64,000 nt of DNA from Ministeria vibrans ATCC 50519 (GCA_943704425.1 CALSCP010000648.1:17359-81358), one strand, 5' to 3'. Shown: positions 11,212 to 24,088, counted from the first letter of the stretch. Program-made: numbers and translations. The notes: generated by a model not told the origin, from the letters alone.

Positions 11212-12393
11212 TCAGCAGCCGGGACCACAGGCAAAGGAGTCGCACTGGTCGACGAGACGAAGAGGAAAGGGCGCAGAGGGAGGGACAAGAGCAAGGAACT
11301 GGGCAACGGCGGAGGCCGCAGAAATGCCGTTGACGGTGACACGGGCAAAGGAGGCGGACAGGGAGGTGGAGTGTGAGTAGCAGGCCATGGCGTAGAAGAC
11401 GGTCGAGGGGCGCAGGGATGCACGGCCGGGAAGGGCATTGAGGCCCGCAACGGTGCGCGATGCAAATGTGGCCGCGTACGACAGCTCTTGGGCGGTTGTC
11501 GGTCGATGGCCCACATTGTTGCTGAGCTGGAAGGCATCGTTTTGCGAAGCAATGACCATGTAGGGAGTTTGCAGAAAAGGAAAGCGATACTCTCCAAAGG
11601 CACATTTCCACGCATTCTCCGCACCGCCAAAGTGCTCGACACACTCGGGCCACAACCGCGACGTCACATTGGCAAGTGCCACTGCGGCCTTGGTGGTCTC
11701 GTTGAAGCCAATAAAGTGAGAGGGGGGCGTGGCGGCGCGATCGGGGGACGCATCAATCCAGTAGGGCGAATCGAGAAACCCTCGAATGTGCACGGGATGG
11801 GCAATGCCAAAGTCCGCCAGCATCGTCGACACATAGTCTAGGTTCACCATGGCTCCGCGTCCGCCCGCCGACCCGCCCCCAAACAGCAGGGTCTGGTTGA
11901 GACGCCCTCCCAGCCCGTACTTGTCCACCATGAGCCGCAGCGACGCCGCCACCGTCTTCTGGCCCTGAAAATGCCATCCAAACGACTCGGAAGAGGCGTT
12001 GCGCGCGCCCATGTGCGCATCGCTGGTGCAGTAGCGCAGGAAGAACTTGTTGGCGCTGTGCAAGGGAGACTCGCTGGCGTCGTCGGACAACAGCCCGCCC
12101 AGCCGCATGTGAGCCGTCCACGTCTTGGACGTTGCAAGAGGCGACGTGCACGCACTGCCCACCATGGCGCATCGCGCGTGGCACGTTGCGGCGTCGTAGC
12201 ACCAGCCACCGCCCTCCAGATACAGCACAAACAGATCGCGCTGGGACGACGACGTTTGAGCCGCCGCAACGTACACGCCCCCGCGCGATCCATCCTGGCA
12301 CACGGCGTCCGCTTCGTCAAACCACTCCACCGACAACGTCTGGTCGGCGTGCGCCAGGGACGCGAGAACGATGATTAGAAGCAACCAACGCAT
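11212..12393 (-). CDS. Secreted pectin-acetylesterase/Notum-family hydrolase (intronless)
   Basis: Signal peptide MRWLLLIIVLASLAHA; CQDGS, LEGGGWC, RYCTSD, GGSAGG (nucleophile Ser), QNDAFQL (Asp) and ACYSH (His). Confidence 0.9.
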   Translation of the reverse strand: MRWLLLIIVLASLAHADQTLSVEWFDEADAVCQDGSRGGVYVAAAQTSSSQRDLFVLYLEGGGWCYDAATCHARCAMVGSACTSPLATSKTWTAHMRLGGLLSDDASESPLHSANKFFLRYCTSDAHMGARNASSESFGWHFQGQKTVAASLRLMVDKYGLGGRLNQTLLFGGGSAGGRGAMVNLDYVSTMLADFGIAHPVHIRGFLDSPYWIDASPDRAATPPSHFIGFNETTKAAVALANVTSRLWPECVEHFGGAENAWKCAFGEYRFPFLQTPYMVIASQNDAFQLSNNVGHRPTTAQELSYAATFASRTVAGLNALPGRASLRPSTVFYAMACYSHSTSLSASFARVTVNGISAASAVAQFLALVPPSAPFPLRLVDQCDSFACGPGC

Positions 12394-12647
12394 CAACGAT
12401 TTCAAATTTGAGTGAAAATTGAAATTCTAATAAGTTGCGATACCCAATGTCACCTCAATGTATACTGAGGAACTGAAAATTGAACCACAATTGAACGATA
12501 TTTTTGAGTTGAGCTTATTTTGAGACAGTGGATAAACTGGCGACGGACGCGACAGTCTGGCGTGGATCGGGTCGTCTCATTTTGCTGATGCACCAACTCA
12601 GATTGACTAGTGACTACATTATTAATTTTTGATTAATAAAATATTGC

Positions 12648-13293
12648 ATGTCAGACGGGAACCCCTTTTCGTTCAACTCGTTTCGGAAGGGCAGCAAGGC
12701 GGATGGCAGCGGGGGCAGCAGGAAAACGCCCAAGACGTCGCGCGTCGACATCTTCGCCAGTGCCGACGACGACGACCCGTCGCGACTGGCAGACGCCGCC
12801 CTTGCCAGCTCTGCACGGCGCGCGCCCTTGAAGAAGGCCGCGTCGTCTGGTGCTGCAACCAACAAAAAAGCCGAAAATCCTTTTAGTTTTTCGGGATTCG
12901 CAAAGAAAGCACAAACTGTTCCGATTGCGGAAGCCAGAGGTGACGACGACGACGACGATGATGATGATGATGATGACGACGACGATGAGGAGGAAGAAGA
13001 AGAGGAGACGGACGACGACGACGACGAGGAGGAGGAGGAGGAGGAGGATGACTCGGACGACGAGTCGCATGTCCCGGTCGCATCGGTTCCTCTTGTCGCG
13101 GTATCCATACGCTGCCTCACGCCTCGTGGCGTGCACATGCTGATTTCTTTGTCTTGTTTCTTTCTCTAAGACGGCTCCCGCGTCATCGGACGAAGACGGC
13201 GACGACGACGATGACGATTCCGACGAGGACGACGACACGAAACACCACAAAGGCAATGCAGGTACATCGTCATCACAGACGCGCAGCGCATGA

Positions 13294-13343
<50 letters not shown>

Positions 13344-14274
13344 CTACTACTACTCTACTACTACTACCAACTACACTATAACTAACTACACACTCACAAA
13401 CACACACACACACGCACACACTAACCCCACCAATTCATTCAACGCAATAGGGTCGAGCAGCAATAGTGACGACGACGACAGCGCAGACGGTCCTCCTCCA
13501 CCCCCCTCTGCTTCTTCAACGCCCACGCACCCATCACACACACAGTCACACAATGCACCACAGGAGATCAAACTGCTGAAGCGCCAACTTGTTGCTCGCG
13601 ACCGTCGCATTGCGGATCTCGAAGCGAAGCTGAGTCGCGCACGCGAGAGCGAAGCGGAAGTCAGGGACGAATTGGCGTTGGAGCGCAAAAAAGTCGTAAG
13701 GAAAAAGCCCATTCTACAGACTCAGTTTTGACACTCGCACACACGCACGTCACTGCAGACGAAACTGGAACAGAAGATGAGCACAACGGGGAAAAATCTC
13801 AAACTGCTGAAAGAAAAGGAGAAACAAGAGACGGATGCACTGGAAAATATGGTTCAAATGGTCGAACGGTAGCCAGAGACAAAGAAAAGGGTCCGGCACT
13901 GCAATCGCCTACTTACCGGCATTTACGAGTAGGAATCTGGCCACGACCACAGAAAGGGCAGTGAAGGCGGAAAAACTGGTGAGCAAACTGCAGAGTGAAC
14001 TGAGGAGCCAATCCGAGAGCAGTGCTCAGGCACAGCTCAGAACTGCACAACAGAGCGCCTCCTTTGCCGCAGACCATCTCCAGAACGCCCTTGATGATGC
14101 TGATAAGGTTGCCACTTTCCTTTTCTTCTTCCGCTATTGATCCTTTTTTTTTCTCTCTCTGTTTTTATTATAATTACTATGACGTAGAGTTTTCGACAGT
14201 TTGTGTCGAATCGCGAGAAAATGCGATTGGCACTGGAAACGATGAAGTCTCTTGGGAAGTTTACCGAACTGTAA
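12648..14274 (+). CDS. ENTR1: ENTR1/SDCCAG3-like endosomal trafficking regulator (6 exons)
   Basis: Two NPFSFxxF motifs and acidic tracts. Spliced C-terminal coiled coil ALENMVQMVER|NLATTTERAVKAEKLVSKLQSE...MKSLGKFTEL matches the recalled ENTR1 signature VEQNLELMTKRAVKAE. Confidence 0.8.
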
Positions 14275-14426
14275 CGTTTCCGCTCTCGATTTCTCTCTTA
14301 TGACTTTGTTTCTTTCTCTCCTTTGTATCACTTTGTTTCTTTCTCGTCTCTCTCTCTCTCGCTATCACTTTGTTTCTTTTTCTCGTCTTTCTGTCTATCA
14401 CTTGATATTGTACATTTACACACATT

Positions 14427-15037
14427 TTATTTGCGATCACTTGACTTGCGCCACATTGCTTCGCTCTCGGAGCGCATTGCTCGCACAGTTGCGACTGTGA
14501 CGCGCGCTGCCTCTTTTCGCTGCCGATGTTCCTCCTGGCGATGCTTCTCGTGCTGTGCCATCGCACTCGCAATGTCCGACTCGAGTGCACCCACTCCCGC
14601 TCGCATCTCGCTCACAGCCCCGCTTGCAAGCGCACGCAGTCCATTACGTGCAGCGTCGGCTTCCTTTGCGGCTGGCGTGTCCGCTTTGCCCAGCAGCCGC
14701 TCGATCGACGTGAGCTCCGCTTGACATCTCCACAGTCGTAACAAAATAATATAAGAAACATAGTCAAACAATGAAGTTCACAAAGTGTCTCAGACAACAC
14801 ACAGCAAATGCAAGGCATTCGCCCTCCCGTCACAAGTATTCCACGGTAACAGCCCTACTTTTCCAAGGCTCTCTGTGCGCTCTTGGGCGCAACCTGGTCG
14901 ACAGGGTCGATTTCAAAATCATGGTCGAGAAACTCAAATTTAGCCAAAAGTGGCCGAATATTGTGCATAAGACAGCAATGGGCCGTCAAATAGTGGTTTA
15001 CGGCACGCCGTAGTAACCGTCGTAGGTCGCGATCCAT
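14427..15037 (-). CDS. Small coiled-coil protein (2 exons); weak resemblance to BLOC1S5/Muted
   Basis: MDRDLRRLLRRAVNHYLTAH..NIRPLLAKFE exon joined to an Ala/Glu/Arg-rich helical exon. The acceptor site is uncertain. Confidence 0.5.
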
Positions 15038-15131
15038 AGGGTTGGCAAAATGACTGATCGAAAAAAAGTCAAACGAGAATCTTATTAGTCAAAAGACAAA
15101 AAGTGAAAAAGTCAAACGTATTCATCAAAAC

Positions 15132-17342
15132 ATGCCGAAGCGAAGTAAAAGCGGCGGACTTGCCAAGCGTGCAGACGCAGCGGCCAGGGAGCAGCGCAGC
15201 AAGGCGCAGGCGGCGGCAGACGCGGTTCCGGAGGAGGAGCGTGTCGACGCATTCCACCGCGAGCGAACGCGCCGCATGGCCCGCGATATTCAGACATCCC
15301 ATGGCGTAGCCGGGGCGCGGAGCCTTCGGGCGGGTGCGTTGAGTGCGTCCAAGGCAGCGGGGCTTGGTGCGAACTCGGATGGGAGCGACGAGGACGATGA
15401 GGAGTATGACGACGACGATCACATCGAGGAAGTGCTCGGTTTGCCTTCGGACGACGACGAGGACGACGAGGAGGACGACGACGAGGACGAAGAGGCGTAC
15501 GAGGACGACGACGACGACGACGACGACGACGAGTCTGATGCGCAGGAGGACGACGACGAGGAGGCATCGTGGGGCAAACGGCGCGGCAACTACTATGGCG
15601 GTGCGGAGGACGCCAAGAGCGGCAAGGCGACGCCTAGCAAGGGCCGGGCCAAGTCACAGGCACAGCTGCGCGAAGAAGAGTTTGCAGCGCGCGAATTGGA
15701 GCAAAACGAGGAGGCGGAGGCGCGCAAGATACAGCGGAAACAAATGGCGTCGCTGACGGCGGACGACTTTGGCGACATGTCCTCGTCGGACGACGACGAT
15801 GACAACAGTGACAACGATGACGACGCCGTCACCGCCGCCGCCAAAAATAGCAACAGCAGTACGAAGAAGGAGCGCGACGGCGAGCGTATTACACGCGATT
15901 TGGCGGCGCTCTCGTCGGACGAGCGACTGGAGATTCTCATGCGCGACAGTCCCGAAATGCTCGAGCTGGTGGGTCAGTTCCGGGCGCATGTCGACGAACT
16001 GCAGATGACGCTGCAGCCGCTAATGAAGCGCGTGGCGTCCGGTGAGCTTGCGACGCGTTCCGGAATGGGGTTCCTTGAGATGCGCTATCATCTGCTGCTG
16101 AGCTACTGCCTCAACATTGCATTCTATCTCATGCTCAAGTGTGAGGGTCGGTCGGTGCGCGACCACCCCGTCATCGAGCGACTGGTGCAGCTGCGCACAG
16201 TGATGGAGCGCATCCGGCCTCTCGAGCGCAAACTGCAGTACCAGGTGGACAAGCTGATGCGTTCGGCCGACGAGAGTGCGCAGGGCGCACAGTCTGATCT
16301 GTCGCATCGCGCCAACGTGTCGCGTCTGCTGGACGACGACAATGAGAAGAAGGAGGAGAAGGACGAAGGAAAGGCAAAGGAGACGAAGAGGGTGAAGCAG
16401 ACGAAGCAGAAGGGAGCGGAGGAGGCGGGAGAGGAAGGGGACAGCGACAGTGAGACGGTGAGACGGTACAGTGCGCCGAAACAGACTGCGGTGTACTTTG
16501 ATGGCGATGACACGCGGGAGGCGAAGCGGGAGCGTCAGATGGAAAAGAAGAAGCGCAAGGCGATGCGGAGTAGTATGTTTGATGAGATTCAGGAGGAATT
16601 CAGTGAGCGACCGCGGGAGATTGCGGATGTGACGGGAATGGGACGAGAGTTGGGAAAGAACAAGGTGGAGAAGGAGTGGCGGGAGCGTGAGAAGTACGAG
16701 GAGGAGCACTTTCTGCGACTGACCATGACCAAGAAGGACAAAAAGAAGGCGGTCGAGCGCCAGCGGGAGCTGATGAACGACGGAATGCGGGAATTGACGG
16801 ACTTTGGGGACTTGAGGGGACTCGATGGGGGAGGAGGTTACGATGAGGAGGGCAAGCCGGTGCGGGCGACGCTGCGCGCGGCGATTGGGGAGATGGGGCG
16901 GAAGAAGGAAGGGAAGCGCAGTAAGCGCGGGAGAGACGAGGTGGAAGAAGGGGGGGACGAGACGAACACGATTGACATGAAGAAGCGCAAGCATAGCAGC
17001 GAGGCAGACGCATTCTACGACAGCGTGCGGAGTCAGAAGCAGCTGCGCAAGGCAGAGCTGGAGCAGGCGGATCGTCAGCGTGAGATGGAGGAGCTGGGAA
17101 TGGACCAAGGGGATGCAGAGGGAAAGCGCGCCATCAGCAAGCAGATCCAGCAGAACCGCGGACTGACGCCCAAACGGAACAAGGAGAAGAAGAACCCGCG
17201 TGTAAAGCACCGCTTGAGCTTCAAGAAGGCGCTCATCAAGCGAAACAGCACAGTCAAGACGCACAAGCCCGAACTCACCAAGTACAGTGGAGAGGCAACG
17301 GGCATCCGCACGACCATCTCTCGCAGTGTTCGTATGAAATAA
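15132..17342 (+). CDS. UTP3: SSU processome protein Sas10/Utp3 (intronless)
   Basis: WGKRRGNYYG; C1D/Sas10 domain RYHLLLSYCLNIAFYLMLK..DHPVIERL; C-terminal NRGLTPKRNKEKKNPRVKHR...YSGEATGIRTTISRSVRM. Confidence 0.96.
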   Translation: MPKRSKSGGLAKRADAAAREQRSKAQAAADAVPEEERVDAFHRERTRRMARDIQTSHGVAGARSLRAGALSASKAAGLGANSDGSDEDDEEYDDDDHIEEVLGLPSDDDEDDEEDDDEDEEAYEDDDDDDDDDESDAQEDDDEEASWGKRRGNYYGGAEDAKSGKATPSKGRAKSQAQLREEEFAARELEQNEEAEARKIQRKQMASLTADDFGDMSSSDDDDDNSDNDDDAVTAAAKNSNSSTKKERDGERITRDLAALSSDERLEILMRDSPEMLELVGQFRAHVDELQMTLQPLMKRVASGELATRSGMGFLEMRYHLLLSYCLNIAFYLMLKCEGRSVRDHPVIERLVQLRTVMERIRPLERKLQYQVDKLMRSADESAQGAQSDLSHRANVSRLLDDDNEKKEEKDEGKAKETKRVKQTKQKGAEEAGEEGDSDSETVRRYSAPKQTAVYFDGDDTREAKRERQMEKKKRKAMRSSMFDEIQEEFSERPREIADVTGMGRELGKNKVEKEWREREKYEEEHFLRLTMTKKDKKKAVERQRELMNDGMRELTDFGDLRGLDGGGGYDEEGKPVRATLRAAIGEMGRKKEGKRSKRGRDEVEEGGDETNTIDMKKRKHSSEADAFYDSVRSQKQLRKAELEQADRQREMEELGMDQGDAEGKRAISKQIQQNRGLTPKRNKEKKNPRVKHRLSFKKALIKRNSTVKTHKPELTKYSGEATGIRTTISRSVRMK

Positions 17343-17507
17343 GAACGTGCGGATGAGAGAGAGAGAGAGAGGAGGGAAAAAGAGAGAGAGAGAGTTTACA
17401 TGTGCGTGTGGTATGAAAGGAAACCTTTGAATATTTTTTATTGTTACAACGAAAAAATGTTATGATAATTATTAGAGTAAGAAAGAATACTGATGGTACA
17501 GTGATAG

Positions 17508-19258
17508 TTACTTGAGCTGGAGAAAAACAATGGATTCCACTTCCAACAGGGCCTGCATGAGATCAGCCTCTGAGGCACCACAACCCTTGGCAATGGCTCT
17601 GAGATCACCCGCAATGCGCGTCTCATCAACGGGCGTCACACTGGACCGCACGCGTTTGAGATAGGCATAGGCCCGATCAAACGCCGTCTGGCCCAGCACA
17701 TGTACAGCCGACGTGCGCCACTTGTCAATTTTCTCAGAGGTCGGCTGCAATGCGCGATCTTCCTTCTTCTTCGCGGGCGCAACAGTACTACTACTACTAC
17801 TACCGCGTGACGTGCGTTTACTCGACGGTTGTGCCGTCGATTGCAATTGATTGGTCGGTGAAATTCGAATCAGTCTGTTTGGCTCGTGCGCACTTGCGAC
17901 ACTCAGACGCTTCTTGAGAGCTGTCGGAGTGGTCACGGTGCGCCGTACATGTCCCGCGGCTGGGCTCAACGGCGACTGCGCCACTCCACCACCATTAACA
18001 CCCCCGGTACTCTGCGAAGACGACGCGCTACCACTGCGACTTGACGGTCGCACCAGCGGTACAGCAGTTGCAGCGGCAATACTACTCGTTCCGCGCGCAC
18101 TGGAAGCCACTGCAATGGGCTGCATCAGTCGAATCACCTCAGCAATCTCTTCTTCCTCCACCTCTTCCACCTCCTCCTCAATCACATCTTCATCCGGCTC
18201 CTCCCCATCCTCGTCCTCCTCGCCGTCGCTCTCAGACTCGTTTTCAAAGTCGTCCTGCAGCGTACACATAAGCAGAGATGAGTGAGTAAGTGAGTGATGA
18301 TCATAATTATATTACAATGATCATAAATAATTATTGACAGTGAGTGAAAAGATGAAAATAATCAGGGTATAGATTGTATGTGATTTACGTCATAGAATGA
18401 TTCTGCGTGTTGCGTGTCACTGGGGATGTGACTTCCGTCCAGTGATGATCGCACTGACTGTCGTGAGTCGAGTCTATAATAATAAGCAGAGATCAGTCGT
18501 TCAGAACAAAATAGGAATAAGATAATTATAAAGATTGCGTTTATGCGTCTGTATATTTCAAAATTAATATAACAATACTAATAATAATAATAACTATTAT
18601 AATTATACCGTTGATCATGAATGGGAGATGGTGAGTGAAACCGATCGACTCCTACGTACGTATACATGAGATTACAATAATGATATCAACACACTCGCAT
18701 CCATAAGATTTATATAATCACAATACTAATTAATCTTATTATTTTAACGTCATACTAATAATAATAATAATAATAATAATTATTATTATTGTCATAAAAT
18801 TACTATTATTATTATTACATGACACGCAATTTGACTGTACATGTGATGCATGATAAATTATACATAATATATACTTATAGGATTACCGGAGGGCAAGAGG
18901 TAGTGAGAATCATAGAGCAAACGCGACTGGTCTGCCTCGCCAATAGGCCGTTCGTACACTTCCACATGCACTGTTCCGTCTGCGTTCTCCACCCTCTTCT
19001 CCACACGGACAAACCCTTGATCATGATCATGATCTGTGTAATAGTCTCGACCATCGTCAGCAAACACATCGTCGCGAGAATCCTGTTCAAGGCCACTGAT
19101 CTGAGACACACGTAGTGACTCTCGCACAGGCGCATCCATCAAATCCATTTCCCAGGGAGCCGCACTGGTCATCTGAGTCAAAACGAAGTCAAAACATTGA
19201 TCAATTGCGCTAATATAATTATAAATTAATATAATTACAGTTCATATATAGAACTGCA

Positions 19259-19334
<76 letters not shown>

Positions 19335-21162
19335 GCACGCAAACACACACACACGCACACTACCCGTGCATAAAATCGTGTACACACACACATGCGCGTA
19401 CACATGATGTCACCAGCCCCTACTCATGAACATACGTCGACGTCACAGTCTACGTATACGTCGTACCTCCAGTCGCTTCTTCTCATGGTCTCCCCCACGG
19501 CTCCCCATTCCTTCGCGCGCTCGTCCACTCACTGCCTCGCTCAGCTCATCCGCTCGTCGATCGGCCTCTTTCTGTTTCCGCAGTCGCATCCGCTCCATTG
19601 GAGTCAGTCCACTCAGTTCCGTATCGCTCTCCGGTCGCTCCTTTTCACTTTCTCTCTTCTTCTCTCGCACCGACTTTCGCTTCTTCTTCCGCACTTTCGG
19701 TCTGCGCATGATACATTAAATTAAAAACGGAAGAATTAAAATTAATCCTAATATACCCAATGATTTCCGCCAGTTTCTTCCGATTGCGCACAATGGCAGA
19801 TCCGCTGTGTCTTTTGAGCACATCAATACTCTCATCTACCCCTCATATAGAATTAGTATGGGCCACGACATATTGCGTACTATGCGTACCGATGGAGTCC
19901 CGGACAAACTGATGGGCAAGCAAATCGGCCGCGGAGGGTCGCTCGTGCGCGTTCTGCTTGAGCAGTGCGTCAATGAGAACTGTTTGTATGGATCGGCTAT
20001 ATAATCGACTCTGTTCACGAGACAACTGCGGTGTGTTGCCCGCACAGATTTCTGTAATATAGGATATGTACATAAATGATTATAATACGTTAACGATCTT
20101 ATTATAATTACGAGTGATAACGTCATAATTATATAAATAATTAAAAAAAATACGTACTGTACATGACTCCCATCAGGTGCTCGCCTGCAAACGCCTGTTC
20201 CAGCGCACACATCTCGTACAGCACGCAACCCAGACTCCACATGTCCGACTTGGCACCGTACGGTGCGTTTTTTAGGATCTCAGGCGCCATATAGTAGGGC
20301 GTACCTAGTGTGCCACGTCGACAATATCGTCAGTATTCGTGCATACGTTTCAATCAATGTCGCGCGTCAAGCACGAATATAAATTTCATATAACCTGTAA
20401 ACGTTTTTGCAACACTGAGTGTGCTGGCGAGCACACAACTGATACCAAAGTCGCCAATCTTGGCCATGGTACGCCCTTTGCTCAAGAATATGTTGCTACT
20501 CTTGAGATCACGATGGAGGACGCCCATGTTGTGAATGTAGTCGAGTGCCCCACAAATCTGCGTGAACCAGCGCAACACCTCCTCTGTAGTACAATAAGAA
20601 TGATATGACACACAAGACGTAATATTAATTGTTTTGCTGCGGATCACCACACAAAGCAATGGGTGACACGTGTGTGTGACTATAATGGGCGTGCCTTGGG
20701 GAATGTGGTCGTCGTCGCGGCGCACCCTGTCAATATACGTCGAAAGATCACCTCCTTCGCACAGCTCCTGAACAATGCAGAAGAACTCGTCGTGCACAAA
20801 CGACGCAATGAAGGCTACTATGAACTTGTGGTCAAGCTCACGAAGCAGCTTGGCCTCCTGTGCAGTCCCACGCTGCTCCTGCCCGCCAAAACAATGCCAT
20901 GAGGACGGAGGAGAGTCAATCCAACATTATTATAATTATTGTCTGAAAACGTTTTTCTTTTCTTCTTTTCTGTCAATTTCTCTTATTTGTTTGTTTCCAC
21001 CTCGTCGTCCATGGTGTCCTTGATGACAATCTTCTTCAAGACACACTTTGCACTGGTGATCTTGTCGCGCACAACAAAGACAGTCCCATAGTTACCACTC
21101 CCCAGTTTGCGCACCGTCTCGTAGCGCTCGTAGAAATGATCGTCGGGTGACGCGAGCGCCAT
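17508..21162 (-). CDS. NEK11: NIMA-related kinase NEK11-like (multi-exon, includes a GC-AG intron)
   Basis: [33 protein letters not shown]|[11 protein letters not shown]11-type [16 protein letters not shown] motif and C-terminal [22 protein letters not shown] domain. Central small exons (18300-19400) not fully resolved. Confidence 0.88.
19259..19360. repeat. (CA)n microsatellite in a NEK11 intron
   Basis: Directly visible. Confidence 0.95.
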
Positions 21163-21245
21163 GGCGGATGGCGCGGCTGACGAGTGACGACGAGTGGGAC
21201 GGAACTGATCAATAGTAAAGAAGTATTAGTCGAGCGAGTGAATTC

Positions 21246-21352
21246 AAGACAGTTTCATAGTTACCACTCCCCAGTTCACCCCCAGTTTGCGCATCGTCTC
21301 ATAGCGCTCGTATAAGTGATCTTCGAGTGATGCAAGTGCCATTGCAGATGGC
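21246..21352 (-). pseudogene. Degenerate tandem duplicate of the 5' part of NEK11 exon 1
   Basis: Reads MALASLEDHLYERYETMRKLG, versus [21 protein letters not shown] 180 bp away. An 11-nt internal duplication (GTGAACTGGGG) then frameshifts it. Confidence 0.88.
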
Positions 21353-21633
21353 GACGGGTGGAGTGCGGTGGCAGAGTAGTGATCAGTTGTGGATCAGTTA
21401 GAGGTGAGATCGAGTACTGTCTCAGTGTCTCTACGCGTCTTACTCTGTTGCAAAGAACTGTTTCAACAATTTTTGTAGGGCATGTCTGATTCCAGCTGTA
21501 ATTTGTAAGTAATGTAATCGTTCCGCGTTGAGGATTGTACCACTGCTCTATAGATTGGTGGTGCTTTACATTTTTATGACTGATCACTATTCAAAGCCAA
21601 AAGTTAAAATTCTTTCTTTTCGCACTCTTCATC

Positions 21634-24088
21634 ATGGCTGACGAGTTCAACCCCTTCGCGGACCCTGACGACGCCGTCACGCCGCCCCCAAGCACCGTCC
21701 AGCAGAGTGCCCCGCCATCCGACACTTCCGCCGCCACTCCCGACGCCCCTGCAGCCGCCACGGAGGTATGCCCCGCCCCACGGACCGCCCCGTCTCCGCT
21801 GTTGCCTCTCCCGTGGCCCTTTGTCCGTCCCTCTTCAAAATCATAATTATTATTATTATTATGAATTATTTTTGCTGGGGATTGTTTCTTTTTTTTTTTT
21901 TTTTTTTTTTTTGGACTCTTGATCACATGCTACGCCTAGCTGGCGCGCTCTGGACGCGTGTCTTGCGCGGGAATATCGTGCCTTTGCTTCCTTCTGCCCC
22001 TTCCAACTTTGAAATGCACCCAACAGTGCTCCTTTGGTCCTCTCCAGCGCTCTTTTTTGTTCGTTTTTGTTGTTCGCATTTTTGTGCTCAAGTGACTTTG
22101 CCACAGTCGGTACTCGCTCGCCCGGCTCCGTACCACGCTGCAGTGGGCCTGTGTATTGTGTTGGTGCAGGCGCGCCGTCGTGCCGTGCGCTCCGTCGCCC
22201 GTGCGCAAATGAGACTGTGACTCAGTCAGAGAGAGACAGAGAGACAGACACTCTCTGTGTGTCTGACTCGGATGTTTTGATTGTTGCAGAAGAAAAAGAA
22301 GAAGAAGAAGAAGGGGCAGTCGGAGACCATTGACGACTCGGTACGAGACAAGACAAACAGCCCCCCCCCCCTCCAAACTACAACAACGTCGTGTGTGATT
22401 GTTGACACTCTTCCCTCTGGTGCGCCTCCTCCACACTACACAGGCCTTCGCTGCATTTGGAAATGCGCCTGCGCCTGTGGCAAGCAGCACCACGGAGACC
22501 ACTCCAACATTTGCAGGCGAGCCTGTGGCGACCCCAGCGGGCTACCTTGCTCCCACACCGGTCGCCAACACGGCGGAAACGCAGTTCCTGCGTGAGCAGC
22601 TGCGCGCCAAAGAGAACGAACTGGCCGAGGCCAAGACCCAACTTGCCGCAGCCAACGGCGGCAGCGGGCCCCGTCGCAAGCCCAATTTCCCTCTGTGCTA
22701 CCGTACGCTACAAAAGAAAAGAAAAGTAAGCTGATTGGGTTTGTGTTGGTTTATTTTAGCGGTTTGTTACCATAACATTAACGGCGATTTTGGCTCTGAG
22801 CCTGACATGAAGAATATGCTTTGGATCATGTTTGTCATTTATTGGGGTAACAACGGCGCATCCGATAATGACAACGCGCGCCTTGCGCTCCGCGAGAGAC
22901 GNNNNNNNNNNAAAAAAAAAAAACACACACACACACACCTGATTCATCAAATCTAACATTACACTATTCTGTTTTTGATTTCGTGTTGTGTATGTGTTTA
23001 GTTGAAGTTGCGGGATTTGCCTGGGGATTCCTGTCGTTTATTGCGACGTACTTCAGTAACAATCTTGGTTATGTAAGAACTCTCATTACATTTAGTAGGA
23101 AATGGCGAAACTGAACTATTGTGTATCACATTGTTTTTGTGTCTATCACATTGTGTCTTTCTCTCTCTCTATTTCGTGTAATTAGGGCGTTGGGTGTTCG
23201 AATGGCACATGCAATGATGCCACAAAAGCCTTTTTCCTGGGCCTCGTCTGGTTTCTCACTGGTCTCATTCTCCCTCTTCCTCTTCTTCACACTTGTATCT
23301 CATGTTTTTTTTTGTTTCTTTAGGAATTCCTTTGGCGTTTTACTTTTTCTACTGGAAACTTTATTCTCTGCACTACCAAAGTACGTACATCCGATTATTA
23401 TTATTATTATTCTTAATATTTTTATTGAACGTCACACATTTGTTGTTACCACTTGAAAAAGGAACTTACGATATGATTTATCAGCACACTGATTTTTGAC
23501 AGACCAAAATGTAAACTCACTGTGCGTTGTGTTTGTAGCGTGCATTTCGGGTTCGCGTCCCACCATCAGCTACTGGTTCTGGATCCTTATGCACGGACCC
23601 GTCAATGTCATTTGGTGTCTGCTCAATATGATTGGAACACCCGGAATTCCCGGAACTGCGTAACGATTCACTCTGTCACTCGCACAGACTATTCTAATAA
23701 TTCTTGTGACTGTTATTATTTTGGTTTGTGCTAGTGGGTTTATGATTGCCATTGGGTTCTTCAATGCGCCTGGTGAGTCTGGCTTCCATGGCAACGCCAC
23801 CAACATGCATCTCTTTGGTGTCTTCTACATTTTTGCTGCCATCTTCTGGATGGTTGCGGCGGTTGGTATGAACTCGAGAGTGACATGGTGGATGTTTTTA
23901 CATGCCCACAAAAGCAGAAGACTGACTCATACTCTTGCGCAGGTGGCATCTATGTCGTGTTCAAGACGCACCGCTGGTTCAAGCAGCAGGGCGGCAGCAA
24001 CCCGTCTACCGCCGACATCCAACGCGGCGTCGTCTCGGGCGCTGTTAATGCGTATACTGACCCGGAACGTGCGCCTCTCGTCAACTAA
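21634..24088 (+). CDS. SCAMP: Secretory carrier membrane protein (SCAMP), multi-exon, spans a gap
   Basis: N-terminal NPFADP, coiled coil, RKPNFPLCYP-VCYHNI, four hydrophobic segments including IPLAFYFFYWKLY, and SGFMIAI. Confidence 0.88.
22902..22911. other. Assembly gap (10 N) within a SCAMP intron
   Basis: Run of N. Confidence 1.
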
